Positions 1 to 8,313 of a DNA stretch of 64,000 bases are shown here, piece by piece (position 1 is the stretch's first letter; every line of letters begins with the position of its first letter). This stretch comes from Eubacteriales bacterium (GTDB taxonomy: Bacteria > Bacillota > Clostridia > Oscillospirales > CAG-272). The notes under the pieces are model-generated. The model was not told the origin of the DNA. It did not search any database and saw only the letters and a list, made by a program, of their open reading frames with translations. The stretch lies in assembly GCA_045643285.1 (NCBI GenBank), contig JAZUKN010000102.1, positions 109,996 through 173,995 on the forward strand, written 5' to 3'. The position numbers and the translations under genes were made by a program.

Positions 1-824
1 GCGGACTGAGGGAGCCCGCGTCTCTTGCCGGAATGGCGACGGGACTTTACATAGGCGGCACACCGAACCTGTTTGCGATCGGCGCGGCACTTCTTGACGA
101 TAAAGGACTCATAAACCTGGCAAATGTCTCAGATTCGCTGATCGGCGGAATATATATCCTGCTCGTGTTCGCCGTAATTGCAAAGATCTATAAAAAACTC
201 CTCGGTGAGCGTAAGACTCCGCATAATAAAACAGAAAACACCGATTCTCTCGTCACGGGTGAATACGACTACAGTGTTCTTCCGAGGGACAAAAAGGGAA
301 TAGTATCCCTCGTTCTCACCTGCCTTCTTGCGGTTGCTTGCCTAGGACTCGGCGTGCTTGTAGAGATACTCGTGAACGGGAATATGGACGGAAGTCTGTT
401 TATTATCGTCACAGTGTCCGTCCTCGGACTTGTGCTTAGCTTCGTAAAACCCGTGCGCCGCGTCAAGGGAACGTATCAGATCGGGCAGTATCTTATTCTG
501 GTTTTCTCACTCGGACTCGGAATGAGTATAGATTGGTCGCGTCTCGTGAACGATATTCTTCCGACGCTCCTTTTCTTCGGTTCCGTACAGATGTGTGCTA
601 TACTTGTTCACTTCATTCTTTGTAAGATATTCCGCATAGACGGCGGAACGGCACTCACAACGTCTATAGCAGGTATCTACGGACCTCCGTTCATCGCGCC
701 CGTCGCAAATGCGTACGGAGATCGCTCACTTATCGTTCCCGGTGTGATTTGCGGAACGTTCGGGCTTGCAGTCGGCAATCTGATCGGAATTGCGCTCGGC
801 AATATTCTGTCTCTGTTTATATAA
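1..824 (+). CDS. polytopic membrane protein, DUF819-like (5' end outside window)
   Basis: The frame of ORF 33..824 stays open to the left edge. The product is almost entirely hydrophobic helices. The family name is from memory only. Confidence 0.55.
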   Translation, partial: GLREPASLAGMATGLYIGGTPNLFAIGAALLDDKGLINLANVSDSLIGGIYILLVFAVIAKIYKKLLGERKTPHNKTENTDSLVTGEYDYSVLPRDKKGIVSLVLTCLLAVACLGLGVLVEILVNGNMDGSLFIIVTVSVLGLVLSFVKPVRRVKGTYQIGQYLILVFSLGLGMSIDWSRLVNDILPTLLFFGSVQMCAILVHFILCKIFRIDGGTALTTSIAGIYGPPFIAPVANAYGDRSLIVPGVICGTFGLAVGNLIGIALGNILSLFI

Positions 825-845
825 ATCATTCGGGAGGGAATCGTT

Positions 846-1970
846 ATGGTAGAGATCGTACCCGTATCAACAAAAAAACAGCAGAGGGAGTTTCTCGAAT
901 ATCCTCTGAAGATGTATAAGGATAACCCGTATTTTGTGCCACCGCTCTGGAATGACGAAGCGAAGATTTTCGATAAAGACTTTGCATATAATGAAGTCTG
1001 CGAGGCTGTATACTATAACGCATACCGCGACGGACGAATGGTCGGCAGGATCTCGGGCATCGTTCAGAGGAACTCGAACGAAAGAAGAAATCAGAAGCGC
1101 GTCCGTTTCACCCGTTTCGACTGCGAAAATGACGAAGAAGTTGCACGCGCACTGTTTGAAGCCGTTGAAAAATGGGGACGGGAAAAGGGCATGGACGAAA
1201 TATGCGGACCACTCGGCTTCTCGAATCTCGAAAGACAGGGACTTCTCGTTGAAGGCTTTGAAGAGCTTGCTACCTTTGAGGAACAGTATAACTATCCTTA
1301 CTACGGCGAGCTTGTCGAAAAATGCGGGTACAGTAAAGAGGTCGACTGGACGGAGCGTAAGGTCACACTTCCCGAGGACGGCGGTGCAGAGCTTCACAAG
1401 CTGTCGTCACTTCTCGAAAAACGGTATCATTACAAACGCTGTCCGATAAAAAGCACAAAGGATCTCATCTCCCGTTACGGTAACGACTTTCTCGATCTGT
1501 TTGAAGAAGTCTATTCTCCACTTTACGGCACGGTGTCATTCACGCCGAAGATCAGACAGAACCTCATAAACAGCTTTAAGCTGATACTTAACGTAAAGTA
1601 CGGCGGAGTCATTGTCAACGAAGAAGATAAAGTTATCGGCTTCGGTATCTGCTTCCCCTCGATCGCAAAGGCACTGCAAAAATCGGGTGGGCATCTCACT
1701 CCTGCCGCTCTTGTGCGTGTTCTGCACTCTCTCAAGCATCCCGAAATACTCGAACTCGGTCTCATAGGAGTTGCACCCGAATATCGCACAAAAGGTGCCG
1801 CCGTTTCGCTTCTCGTTTCTCTTGCCGATCTTCTCGCAGAGGACAAGAACATAAAATTTGCCGAGACGAATATGTGTCTTGAAGATAACCTCAACATACA
1901 GAACATCTGGGAGAACCGCTTCTCGTCGGTCATGCACAAGAGAAGACGCGCTTATCTCAAAAAACTGTAA
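846..1970 (+). CDS. GNAT-like N-acetyltransferase family protein
   Basis: 374-aa ORF with SD GGGAGGG 8 nt upstream. The N-terminal pattern (KKQQREFLEYPLKMYKDNPYFVPPL...) resembles a clostridial GNAT-related family. The substrate is unknown. Confidence 0.5.
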   Translation: MVEIVPVSTKKQQREFLEYPLKMYKDNPYFVPPLWNDEAKIFDKDFAYNEVCEAVYYNAYRDGRMVGRISGIVQRNSNERRNQKRVRFTRFDCENDEEVARALFEAVEKWGREKGMDEICGPLGFSNLERQGLLVEGFEELATFEEQYNYPYYGELVEKCGYSKEVDWTERKVTLPEDGGAELHKLSSLLEKRYHYKRCPIKSTKDLISRYGNDFLDLFEEVYSPLYGTVSFTPKIRQNLINSFKLILNVKYGGVIVNEEDKVIGFGICFPSIAKALQKSGGHLTPAALVRVLHSLKHPEILELGLIGVAPEYRTKGAAVSLLVSLADLLAEDKNIKFAETNMCLEDNLNIQNIWENRFSSVMHKRRRAYLKKL

Positions 1971-1984
1971 GACGGAACAAAAAA

Positions 1985-2019
1985 ACGCTTGACTGTATTT
2001 TACAGTCAAGCGTTTTTTT
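1985..2019. terminator. bidirectional intrinsic terminator
   Basis: 12-bp perfect stem ACGCTTGACTGT/ACAGTCAAGCGT flanked by an A-run and a T-run, between convergent genes. Confidence 0.8.
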
Positions 2020-2884
2020 AATAATCGAAAGTAGAATCCGCTTCGCCTTTGTTGATGTTCGTTGCAAGTCTGACTATCAGAACATCGGTCGGGTTGACCG
2101 ATCCGTTGCCGTCAACATCAGCGGTTTTGTTTTTGGCTTCGTCAGTGCTGCGGTTAATGTTCGATGCAAGACGAATCATCATAACGTCAGTCGGGTTGAT
2201 CGATCCGTTCCCGTCAACATCTCCGGCACACAGTGTTATGTTTGCGTATTCTTTTCCGGAGGCGGTGAGGTCTATGTCTTCGCCGTTTACAATAACGTTT
2301 TTGACAGTGTATGTAATATGGCACTCTTTCGTAACAACGAGGTCGTAAGTGCCGTCTGCTATCTCATCAAAAGAGAACTGCTGTGTGATCGCGTCGTACC
2401 CGTCTGTCGGTGCGATCTCTGTCGTGTAGACAGCCTCTCCGTCTTTTTTCAGCTCGATCGTTGTCTTGTTCTTCGGATTGTACGATGTCACTTTGCCTAT
2501 GATCGAAGAGCCTGTTATCAGCTCGCCCGTTTGTGTGGCGGTGAGGGAGACTGTGGTGTTTTTATCTTTGCGTGACAAATAAACTTCAAATGATATCGTT
2601 TCTTTGTAAATGTCCTCGGATGTTACCGTGACGGTAAAATCAACACCGTTTTTCGTTGCGATAGGCTCAATAATTACACCGAGTGCGGCTTCTTTTTCTT
2701 CTTTTGTGCCGTTAATATCAATAGCAAACGAGACTTTTCCGAGAGCTTCTTCGGTAAGATCAATCTTTTCCTGGTCTGTGTCTATAATGATGACCGGCGG
2801 AAGAATGATGTCAGCCGAAGAATATAACGGAAGAACGGTTGCACACAAAAGGAGTGCGACAAGCAGACATATATTCTTCTTCAT
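2018..2884 (-). CDS. secreted protein with C-terminal type-I dockerin
   Basis: N-terminal signal peptide (MKKNICLLVALLLCATVLP). The C-terminus has two calcium-binding repeats, DVDGNGSINPTDVMMIRL and DVDGNGSVNPTDVLIVRL, typical of dockerin. Confidence 0.8.
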   Translation of the reverse strand: MKKNICLLVALLLCATVLPLYSSADIILPPVIIIDTDQEKIDLTEEALGKVSFAIDINGTKEEKEAALGVIIEPIATKNGVDFTVTVTSEDIYKETISFEVYLSRKDKNTTVSLTATQTGELITGSSIIGKVTSYNPKNKTTIELKKDGEAVYTTEIAPTDGYDAITQQFSFDEIADGTYDLVVTKECHITYTVKNVIVNGEDIDLTASGKEYANITLCAGDVDGNGSINPTDVMMIRLASNINRSTDEAKNKTADVDGNGSVNPTDVLIVRLATNINKGEADSTFDY

Positions 2885-2991
2885 TTGTTTTCTCCGAATA
2901 ATACTTCTTTTCTATATTCTATATTAGTTTACCACAATCCGTGTTTTTTGTCAAATGTTTTATGTTTCTGTTCAGAATAAATAACTTGTTT

Positions 2992-3363
2992 TTATTTGTT
3001 TCTCGGTTTCGACGAAAAAATAAACGCGGAAATAAGGCCGAAGAACAGCGCGGCAGTGATCCCACCCGCAGATGAAGTCATTCCCCCTGTAAGCACGCCG
3101 AGCAGACCGTCCGAGTCGACTGCTTCTTTAACACCTTTGGATATGACATACCCGAATCCGGTCAGCGGAGTGGTCGCACCTGCACCTGCGAAGTCGATAA
3201 GCGGACCGTATATACCGATGCCGCCGAGGATAACTCCTGCGACGACGTATGCGACGAGAATACGCGCCGGAGTCAGTTTTGTTTTGTCAATGAGTAACTG
3301 CGCGATGAGCGAAAAAATCCCACCGACCGCGAACGCGCGAAGATATTCGCCTAACATTTCCAT
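2992..3363 (-). CDS. spoVAE: stage V sporulation protein AE (SpoVAEB type)
   Basis: 123-aa glycine-rich membrane protein (GGIGIYGPLIDFAGAGATTPLTGFG) immediately downstream of spoVAD. SD AAGGAG is present. Confidence 0.85.
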   Translation of the reverse strand: MEMLGEYLRAFAVGGIFSLIAQLLIDKTKLTPARILVAYVVAGVILGGIGIYGPLIDFAGAGATTPLTGFGYVISKGVKEAVDSDGLLGVLTGGMTSSAGGITAALFFGLISAFIFSSKPRNK

Positions 3364-3383
3364 ATTATCCTGTCCGCTCCTTT

Positions 3384-4418
3384 TCAGTTTGTTTTATCTT
3401 TTTCAACGGCTCTGATGTGTACGAGATGCGCTATCCCGGGGATAGTCAGTCCCTGATTGACGGAGAGCGGATTCATAAGCGCACCGGTTGCGAGAAAGAG
3501 AATGTTTTTCGCTTCTCCTCTGCCGATCTTTCCGAGAATATCCGCCGCCATAACAGAAGCAGAACAACCGCATCCCGACCCGCCTGCATGAACGTCTTCG
3601 CCTTTTTCGGGGTATATCATAAGTCCGCAGTCTCCGTGGACACGCGAAATATCATATTCTTTGACTTTTAAGAGATCGCAGAGTATATCACTGCCTTCGC
3701 TTCCGAGATCTCCCGTGAGGATCATATCGAATTCACCCGGTGAATGACCGGCGGAGAAAAATCTCTCAAGCGTGTCAGCCGCCGACGGTGCCATAGCCGC
3801 ACCCATATTCGACGAATCGCTTATCCCACGGTCGATGATCCTCCCGGGCATCACGCCGACGATTTCGGGAACGTAGTCCGAATGAACCCGTTCAACATCT
3901 TCAGCGAGCGAAGAATACACGAACGCGCCGGACGCAGTGACCGTCCACTGAGAAGTCGGAGAACGCTGACCGCCGTATTCAAGCGGATAGCGGAATTGCC
4001 TCTCAGCCGTGCAGTAGTGTGACGACGTGACGCTCACGCACCTGTCTGCGACGCTTCCGGAATATACAGCCGCCATGATCATCCCTTCCGCACAGGTCGA
4101 GCACGCGCCGTACAGACCGAAGAAGGGTATGCCGAAATCTCCGATCCCGAACGCCGACGGAATGCACTGATTAACGAGATCTCCGGCGAAAACGCAGTCG
4201 ATTTCATTCGCACCGAGCCTTGCTTTGTCAAGCGCAAGACGGACGGCGATCTTCTGCATCTCAGCTTCGGATTTTTCAAATGTGTCCTTGCCGAATTTGT
4301 CATCCCCACATAAATCGAATAAATTTCCTATTGGACCGCGCTTTTCTTTTTCGCCGCCTACAGCCGCAGACGAAATTATAAACACCCGTTTTGACGGACG
4401 AAGAATTTTATTTTTCAT
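3384..4418 (-). CDS. spoVAD: stage V sporulation protein AD (thiolase-like)
   Basis: 344-aa ORF. The N-terminal region (SSAAVGGEKEKRGPIGNLFD...) and overall length match SpoVAD, and it is adjacent to spoVAE. Confidence 0.85.
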   Translation of the reverse strand: MKNKILRPSKRVFIISSAAVGGEKEKRGPIGNLFDLCGDDKFGKDTFEKSEAEMQKIAVRLALDKARLGANEIDCVFAGDLVNQCIPSAFGIGDFGIPFFGLYGACSTCAEGMIMAAVYSGSVADRCVSVTSSHYCTAERQFRYPLEYGGQRSPTSQWTVTASGAFVYSSLAEDVERVHSDYVPEIVGVMPGRIIDRGISDSSNMGAAMAPSAADTLERFFSAGHSPGEFDMILTGDLGSEGSDILCDLLKVKEYDISRVHGDCGLMIYPEKGEDVHAGGSGCGCSASVMAADILGKIGRGEAKNILFLATGALMNPLSVNQGLTIPGIAHLVHIRAVEKDKTN

Positions 4419-4581
4419 TCTATTGCCTTTTCCACTTTGTTTTTTTGTATTATTTCTGCAAGCGCGGGAAAATATACATCATTTTGTGATTTATCAGTCG
4501 CGGACCATTTATTAACTCGGTTATGTCCTTTTGACGTGGAAATGATATAATCGTAAATCAAGTCAAAGGAGCAGAACAAAA

Positions 4582-5508
4582 ATGAAATTTATAAAAAAAG
4601 CAGCCGTCGCGGTTATTCTGTGTGCGGCGGCAGTAAATATGTACGGAAATTATTCCGATTTGATATATCAGACAGTCGGAGGAGCTTTTTCACTTGCGGC
4701 GACTGTCTTTGAAGAGCTTTATCCCGATACAGTCGCGCCGAAAAGAGGAAAGAACGCACCGACCGAGGAAACAAGCGAAACCGTGTCGACGGCTGTTGAG
4801 ACTTTCTCGACGAATCCGTGCGGCTGGTACTGTATGCACAAGAAGAACGGCGAACGTCCTCCGCTTCCCGGCGAGATGAGCTATATCGGAAACTACGGCG
4901 GATACTACCTCGGAGACGACGAAAAAGTGATCTATCTCACATTCGACGCAGGGTATGAAAACGGAAACATCGAAAAGATCCTCGACACGCTGAAAGCGGA
5001 AGAAGTGCCTGCGGCGTTCTTCATTCTCGAAAACCTTGTTGAATCAAATACCGAACTCGTTATGCGAATGGCTGATGAGGGACATTTAGTCTGCAACCAC
5101 ACCGCCAAGCATAAGGATATGACAAAAATGGCGACGGAGTCCGACTTTGCCGCAGAGCTGGCAAGAATGGAGAATGTTTACACCGAGATAACGGGAAGAA
5201 AGCTCGCACACTATTTCAGACCGCCGGAAGGGAAAATAAGCGAACAAAGCCTTGCGTGGGCGGATTCGCTCGGATATAAAACTATCCTCTGGAGCTATGC
5301 ATACGCCGACTGGGACAATGCAAAACAGCCCGATCCGTCTGCCGCAGTGGAAAAGATCATCTCCGGCACGCATAACGGCGAAGTCCTGCTTCTGCATCCT
5401 ACTTCTTCAACTAACGCCGAGATACTGCCTGAGCTTATCCACCGCTGGAAGGAAATGGGCTACCGCTTCGGCACGCTTGACGAACTGACGGGAAGTGATA
5501 AAGGATGA
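4582..5508 (+). CDS. polysaccharide deacetylase, PdaA-like (delta-lactam type)
   Basis: Membrane or signal anchor followed by a NodB domain (YLTFDAGYENGN, CNHTAKHKDM, LLLHP). SD AAAGGAG is present. Confidence 0.7.
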   Translation: MKFIKKAAVAVILCAAAVNMYGNYSDLIYQTVGGAFSLAATVFEELYPDTVAPKRGKNAPTEETSETVSTAVETFSTNPCGWYCMHKKNGERPPLPGEMSYIGNYGGYYLGDDEKVIYLTFDAGYENGNIEKILDTLKAEEVPAAFFILENLVESNTELVMRMADEGHLVCNHTAKHKDMTKMATESDFAAELARMENVYTEITGRKLAHYFRPPEGKISEQSLAWADSLGYKTILWSYAYADWDNAKQPDPSAAVEKIISGTHNGEVLLLHPTSSTNAEILPELIHRWKEMGYRFGTLDELTGSDKG

Positions 5509-6173
5509 AAAAAGCACTGATAGTCATTCTGTTGCTCTCTGTTCTCGTGATCCCTGTCCGAGCGGACGATAATGTTATATATTCGTGGCACTCGAACGAA
5601 AAAAAGATCGCGCTGACGTTTGACGACGGGCCGCATCCCGAACTGACGCGTGAGATACTCGATATTCTCGACGAATACGGCGTAAAGGCAACGTTTTTCG
5701 TCATTGGCGAGAACGCCGGATGGTATCCTGAGCTTGTCGCCGAGGAATATAACCGCGGACACGAGATAGGGAACCACACTTTTGACCACGGGGACATGAA
5801 AAAGCTGACGACCGATCAGATAAAAGCCGAGATAGAATCGACAGAAAATGCGGTGTACGAAAATATCGAATACCGCACGAAATTCTTCCGTCCTCCGGGA
5901 GGACTGATAGGGAACAGCGTTCTTTCCGCCGCGTCGGATGAGGATTACAGAATAGTCTGCTGGTCGGTCGATACGCGCGACTGGGCGCACACACCCGTTG
6001 ATAAAATAGTCGAAAACGTGCTCACGAATACCGGAGAGGGAGACATAATCCTTTTCCACGACTATATAAGCGGCGACAGCCCGACTCCTGCTGCACTGCG
6101 AAAAATAATCCCCGAGCTTCTCTCGCGCGGCTATACGTTCGTGACGATTTCCGAACTTGTGAACTCGGATTGA
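5505..6173 (+). CDS. polysaccharide deacetylase family protein (NodB domain)
   Basis: Signal peptide followed by ALTFDDGPHPELT, GNHTFDH and ILFHD motifs. The start overlaps the upstream stop (ATGA). Confidence 0.8.
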   Translation: MKKALIVILLLSVLVIPVRADDNVIYSWHSNEKKIALTFDDGPHPELTREILDILDEYGVKATFFVIGENAGWYPELVAEEYNRGHEIGNHTFDHGDMKKLTTDQIKAEIESTENAVYENIEYRTKFFRPPGGLIGNSVLSAASDEDYRIVCWSVDTRDWAHTPVDKIVENVLTNTGEGDIILFHDYISGDSPTPAALRKIIPELLSRGYTFVTISELVNSD

Positions 6174-6400
6174 ATAAAAAAAGAAATAACTCCATTTTTG
6201 AATGGAGTTATCAGCACAAAGCGGCTATAATAAGCCTTCTTCCGGGAGGAAGGTGGATGCCGGACGGGCAGACGGAAGGAGAGTGCGTGAAAAAACGATA
6301 CGGTTATTTGTCGTTTTTGCGTATTCTCCTCCACCGCTGCGCGGAGCCCCCTCAAAGAGGAAGCCATATTAAATATAACAATCTGTTTTTATATTTCACT

Positions 6401-7402
6401 TTACAGAAGCATTATTCCGTTTTCGGCGCAGACACGCATCGTCTCTTCATCCCAGACGGACGCCTGAACCTCGCCGATGTGCGCGTTCTGCATCATCAGC
6501 ATACAAAGCCGCGACTGACCGATACCGCCGCCGATAGTAAGCGGAAGCTCGTTGTTAAGCAGCATTTTGTGGAACGGCAGGGAAGCGCGCTCTTCGCATC
6601 CGGCTTCTTTGAGCTGGCGTGCGAGCGATTCGCTGTCGACTCTGATACCCATTGACGAGATCTCGAACGCCATGGCGAGAACGTCGTTCCAGAGAAGAAT
6701 GTCTCCGTTCAGCTCCCAGTCGTCGTAGTCGGGTGCGCGTCCGTCGTGCGGCTTGCCGCTCTTCAGCTTTTTGCCGATCTTCATTAAAAACGTCGTGTGG
6801 TGTCCCTTGACGTAAGCGTTTTCACGTTCTTTGGAAGAAAGTGTCGGATACATTTCTTCCAGCTCTTCCGTCGTTACGAACGATACTTCGGGAGAGATGC
6901 TGCACTCAAGCTCGGAGAACTCGTATCTCAGCGCGTTGTTCGTTGCGACTACTGCGGAGATGATCTTTTTTACGACCGATTTGAGATAATCTTCGTTCCG
7001 CATCGTTTCGTCGATGACCTTTTCCCAGTCCCACTGGTCTACGTAGATCGAATGGATGTTGTCGACGTCCTCGTCGCGGCGAATGGCGTTCATGTCGGTG
7101 TAAAGTCCCTTGCCGACGCGGAAGTTGTACCGCTTCAGCGCGAGACGCTTCCATTTTGCGAGCGAGTGGACGACAACCGCTTCGTCATCGATCGACGGAA
7201 CATCGAATCTGACGGGACGCTCGAAACCGTTTAAGTTGTCGTTAAGCCCCGAGCTGTCTCTGACGAACAGAGGAGCGGAAACACGTCTGAGATTCAGCTC
7301 TATTGCAAGATTCATCTGGAAAGTCCGCTTGATGTAGTCGATGGCGCGCTGTGTGTCGTAAACCGAGAGACGCGGCTTGTATCCGTCCGGAATTGTGATC
7401 AT
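6401..7402 (-). CDS. asnA: aspartate--ammonia ligase
   Basis: 333 aa. The N-terminal and class-II-synthetase-like core motifs (SMGIRVD, GGGIGQSRL) are typical of AsnA. Confidence 0.9.
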   Translation of the reverse strand: MITIPDGYKPRLSVYDTQRAIDYIKRTFQMNLAIELNLRRVSAPLFVRDSSGLNDNLNGFERPVRFDVPSIDDEAVVVHSLAKWKRLALKRYNFRVGKGLYTDMNAIRRDEDVDNIHSIYVDQWDWEKVIDETMRNEDYLKSVVKKIISAVVATNNALRYEFSELECSISPEVSFVTTEELEEMYPTLSSKERENAYVKGHHTTFLMKIGKKLKSGKPHDGRAPDYDDWELNGDILLWNDVLAMAFEISSMGIRVDSESLARQLKEAGCEERASLPFHKMLLNNELPLTIGGGIGQSRLCMLMMQNAHIGEVQASVWDEETMRVCAENGIMLL

Positions 7403-7475
7403 TTTTCGACCTCACTGAGTTAATACTCTTTTGATTTTTTACTGAAAAACTATTATTTATAACTGATTTATGAGA

Positions 7476-7504
7476 ATTATACCATTCATCCGCACCCGTG
7501 TCAA
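7476..7504 (-). promoter_or_regulatory. sigma-A-type promoter for asnA
   Basis: Minus strand reads TTGACA, 17-nt spacer, TATAAT, with TGg extended -10. It lies about 75 nt upstream of the asnA ATG. Confidence 0.6.
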
Positions 7505-7632
7505 GTATGTCAAAGAACAAAAAACACATTAAAAAGAACACAATTTGACCTAATTATTATGTAAAGTAAATATAAAATGTCGATTTATTTTGTAAAATAC
7601 ATAAAAAATCCAAAAAAGAATTGAAAAAGGCA

Positions 7633-7661
7633 TTGACTTTACGGTAAAAACATTATATAAT
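7633..7661 (+). promoter_or_regulatory. sigma-A-type promoter for the BlaI-family gene
   Basis: TTGACT (7633-7638), 17-nt spacer, TATAAT (7656-7661). Confidence 0.6.
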
Positions 7662-7737
7662 ATGTTTCGTAGTATTACATTAGTAAAACAAAATTTGTCC
7701 TTTCGATTAAAAATACTTAAGATGTTGAGGAGCTGCA

Positions 7738-8124
7738 ATGCAGTACAAGAACATGATTAAGCTGCCTGAAAGTGAGCTTGAGGTTATGCAGGCTATATGG
7801 TTGCTTAATGAATCAGGTGAGAAAGCAGTTTCCGCCGGGTTGATAATGGATAGATACCCCGAGCTGAATCGCCTTAAACTCACGACCGTCCTCACGCTGA
7901 TCACGAGACTCCATTCAAAAGGTTACCTGAAAATCGAAAAGATCGGACGCTCGAATTGCTACACACCGATAGTTCCGCTCAAGGATTACAGAAAATTCGC
8001 ACTTGCGGATTTTGCCGAAAAGCTGTACGGAACCGATAAGGTGGGATTCGTCAAAGCGATCTTGTCCGACGGTTCGTTTACGAAGAAGGAGCTTGAAGCG
8101 TTGAAGGAATTCATAGCCGAATAA
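7738..8124 (+). CDS. BlaI/MecI/CopY family transcriptional repressor
   Basis: 128-aa winged-helix protein with the signature LPESELEVMQAIW...TVLTLITRLHSKGYL. SD GAGGAG is present. Confidence 0.85.
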   Translation: MQYKNMIKLPESELEVMQAIWLLNESGEKAVSAGLIMDRYPELNRLKLTTVLTLITRLHSKGYLKIEKIGRSNCYTPIVPLKDYRKFALADFAEKLYGTDKVGFVKAILSDGSFTKKELEALKEFIAE

Positions 8125-8167
8125 GTGAATAGTGTTCTCTTCAATTATTATTATTTTACATAAACTT

Positions 8168-8201
8168 GAAGTGTTTTGTTTACTCAAAACACTTCTTTTT
8201 T
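8168..8201 (+). terminator. intrinsic terminator after the BlaI-family gene
   Basis: 11-bp stem GAAGTGTTTTG/CAAAACACTTC followed by T6. Confidence 0.8.
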
Positions 8202-8252
8202 GCTGTTTTCGGATAAGATACACGTTCTTGACGGAATAATTCGGGAAATATA

Positions 8253-8280
8253 TTGAAAAAATCTCAAAAATGAGTATAAT
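8253..8280 (+). promoter_or_regulatory. candidate promoter of the ligase/WecA-like cluster
   Basis: TTGAAA, 16-nt spacer, TATAAT. It lies 34 nt upstream of the 8314 ATG. Confidence 0.5.
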
Positions 8281-8313
8281 ATACTATGTATAATTCTGAA
8301 AGGAGGAAAGCCG

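Noticed and set aside
8226-8238. 13-nt identity TCTTGACGGAATA shared with 16008-16020
   Set aside because: Tens of 13-mer matches are expected by chance in 64 kb on two strands. The match is centred on a -35-like TTGACG.
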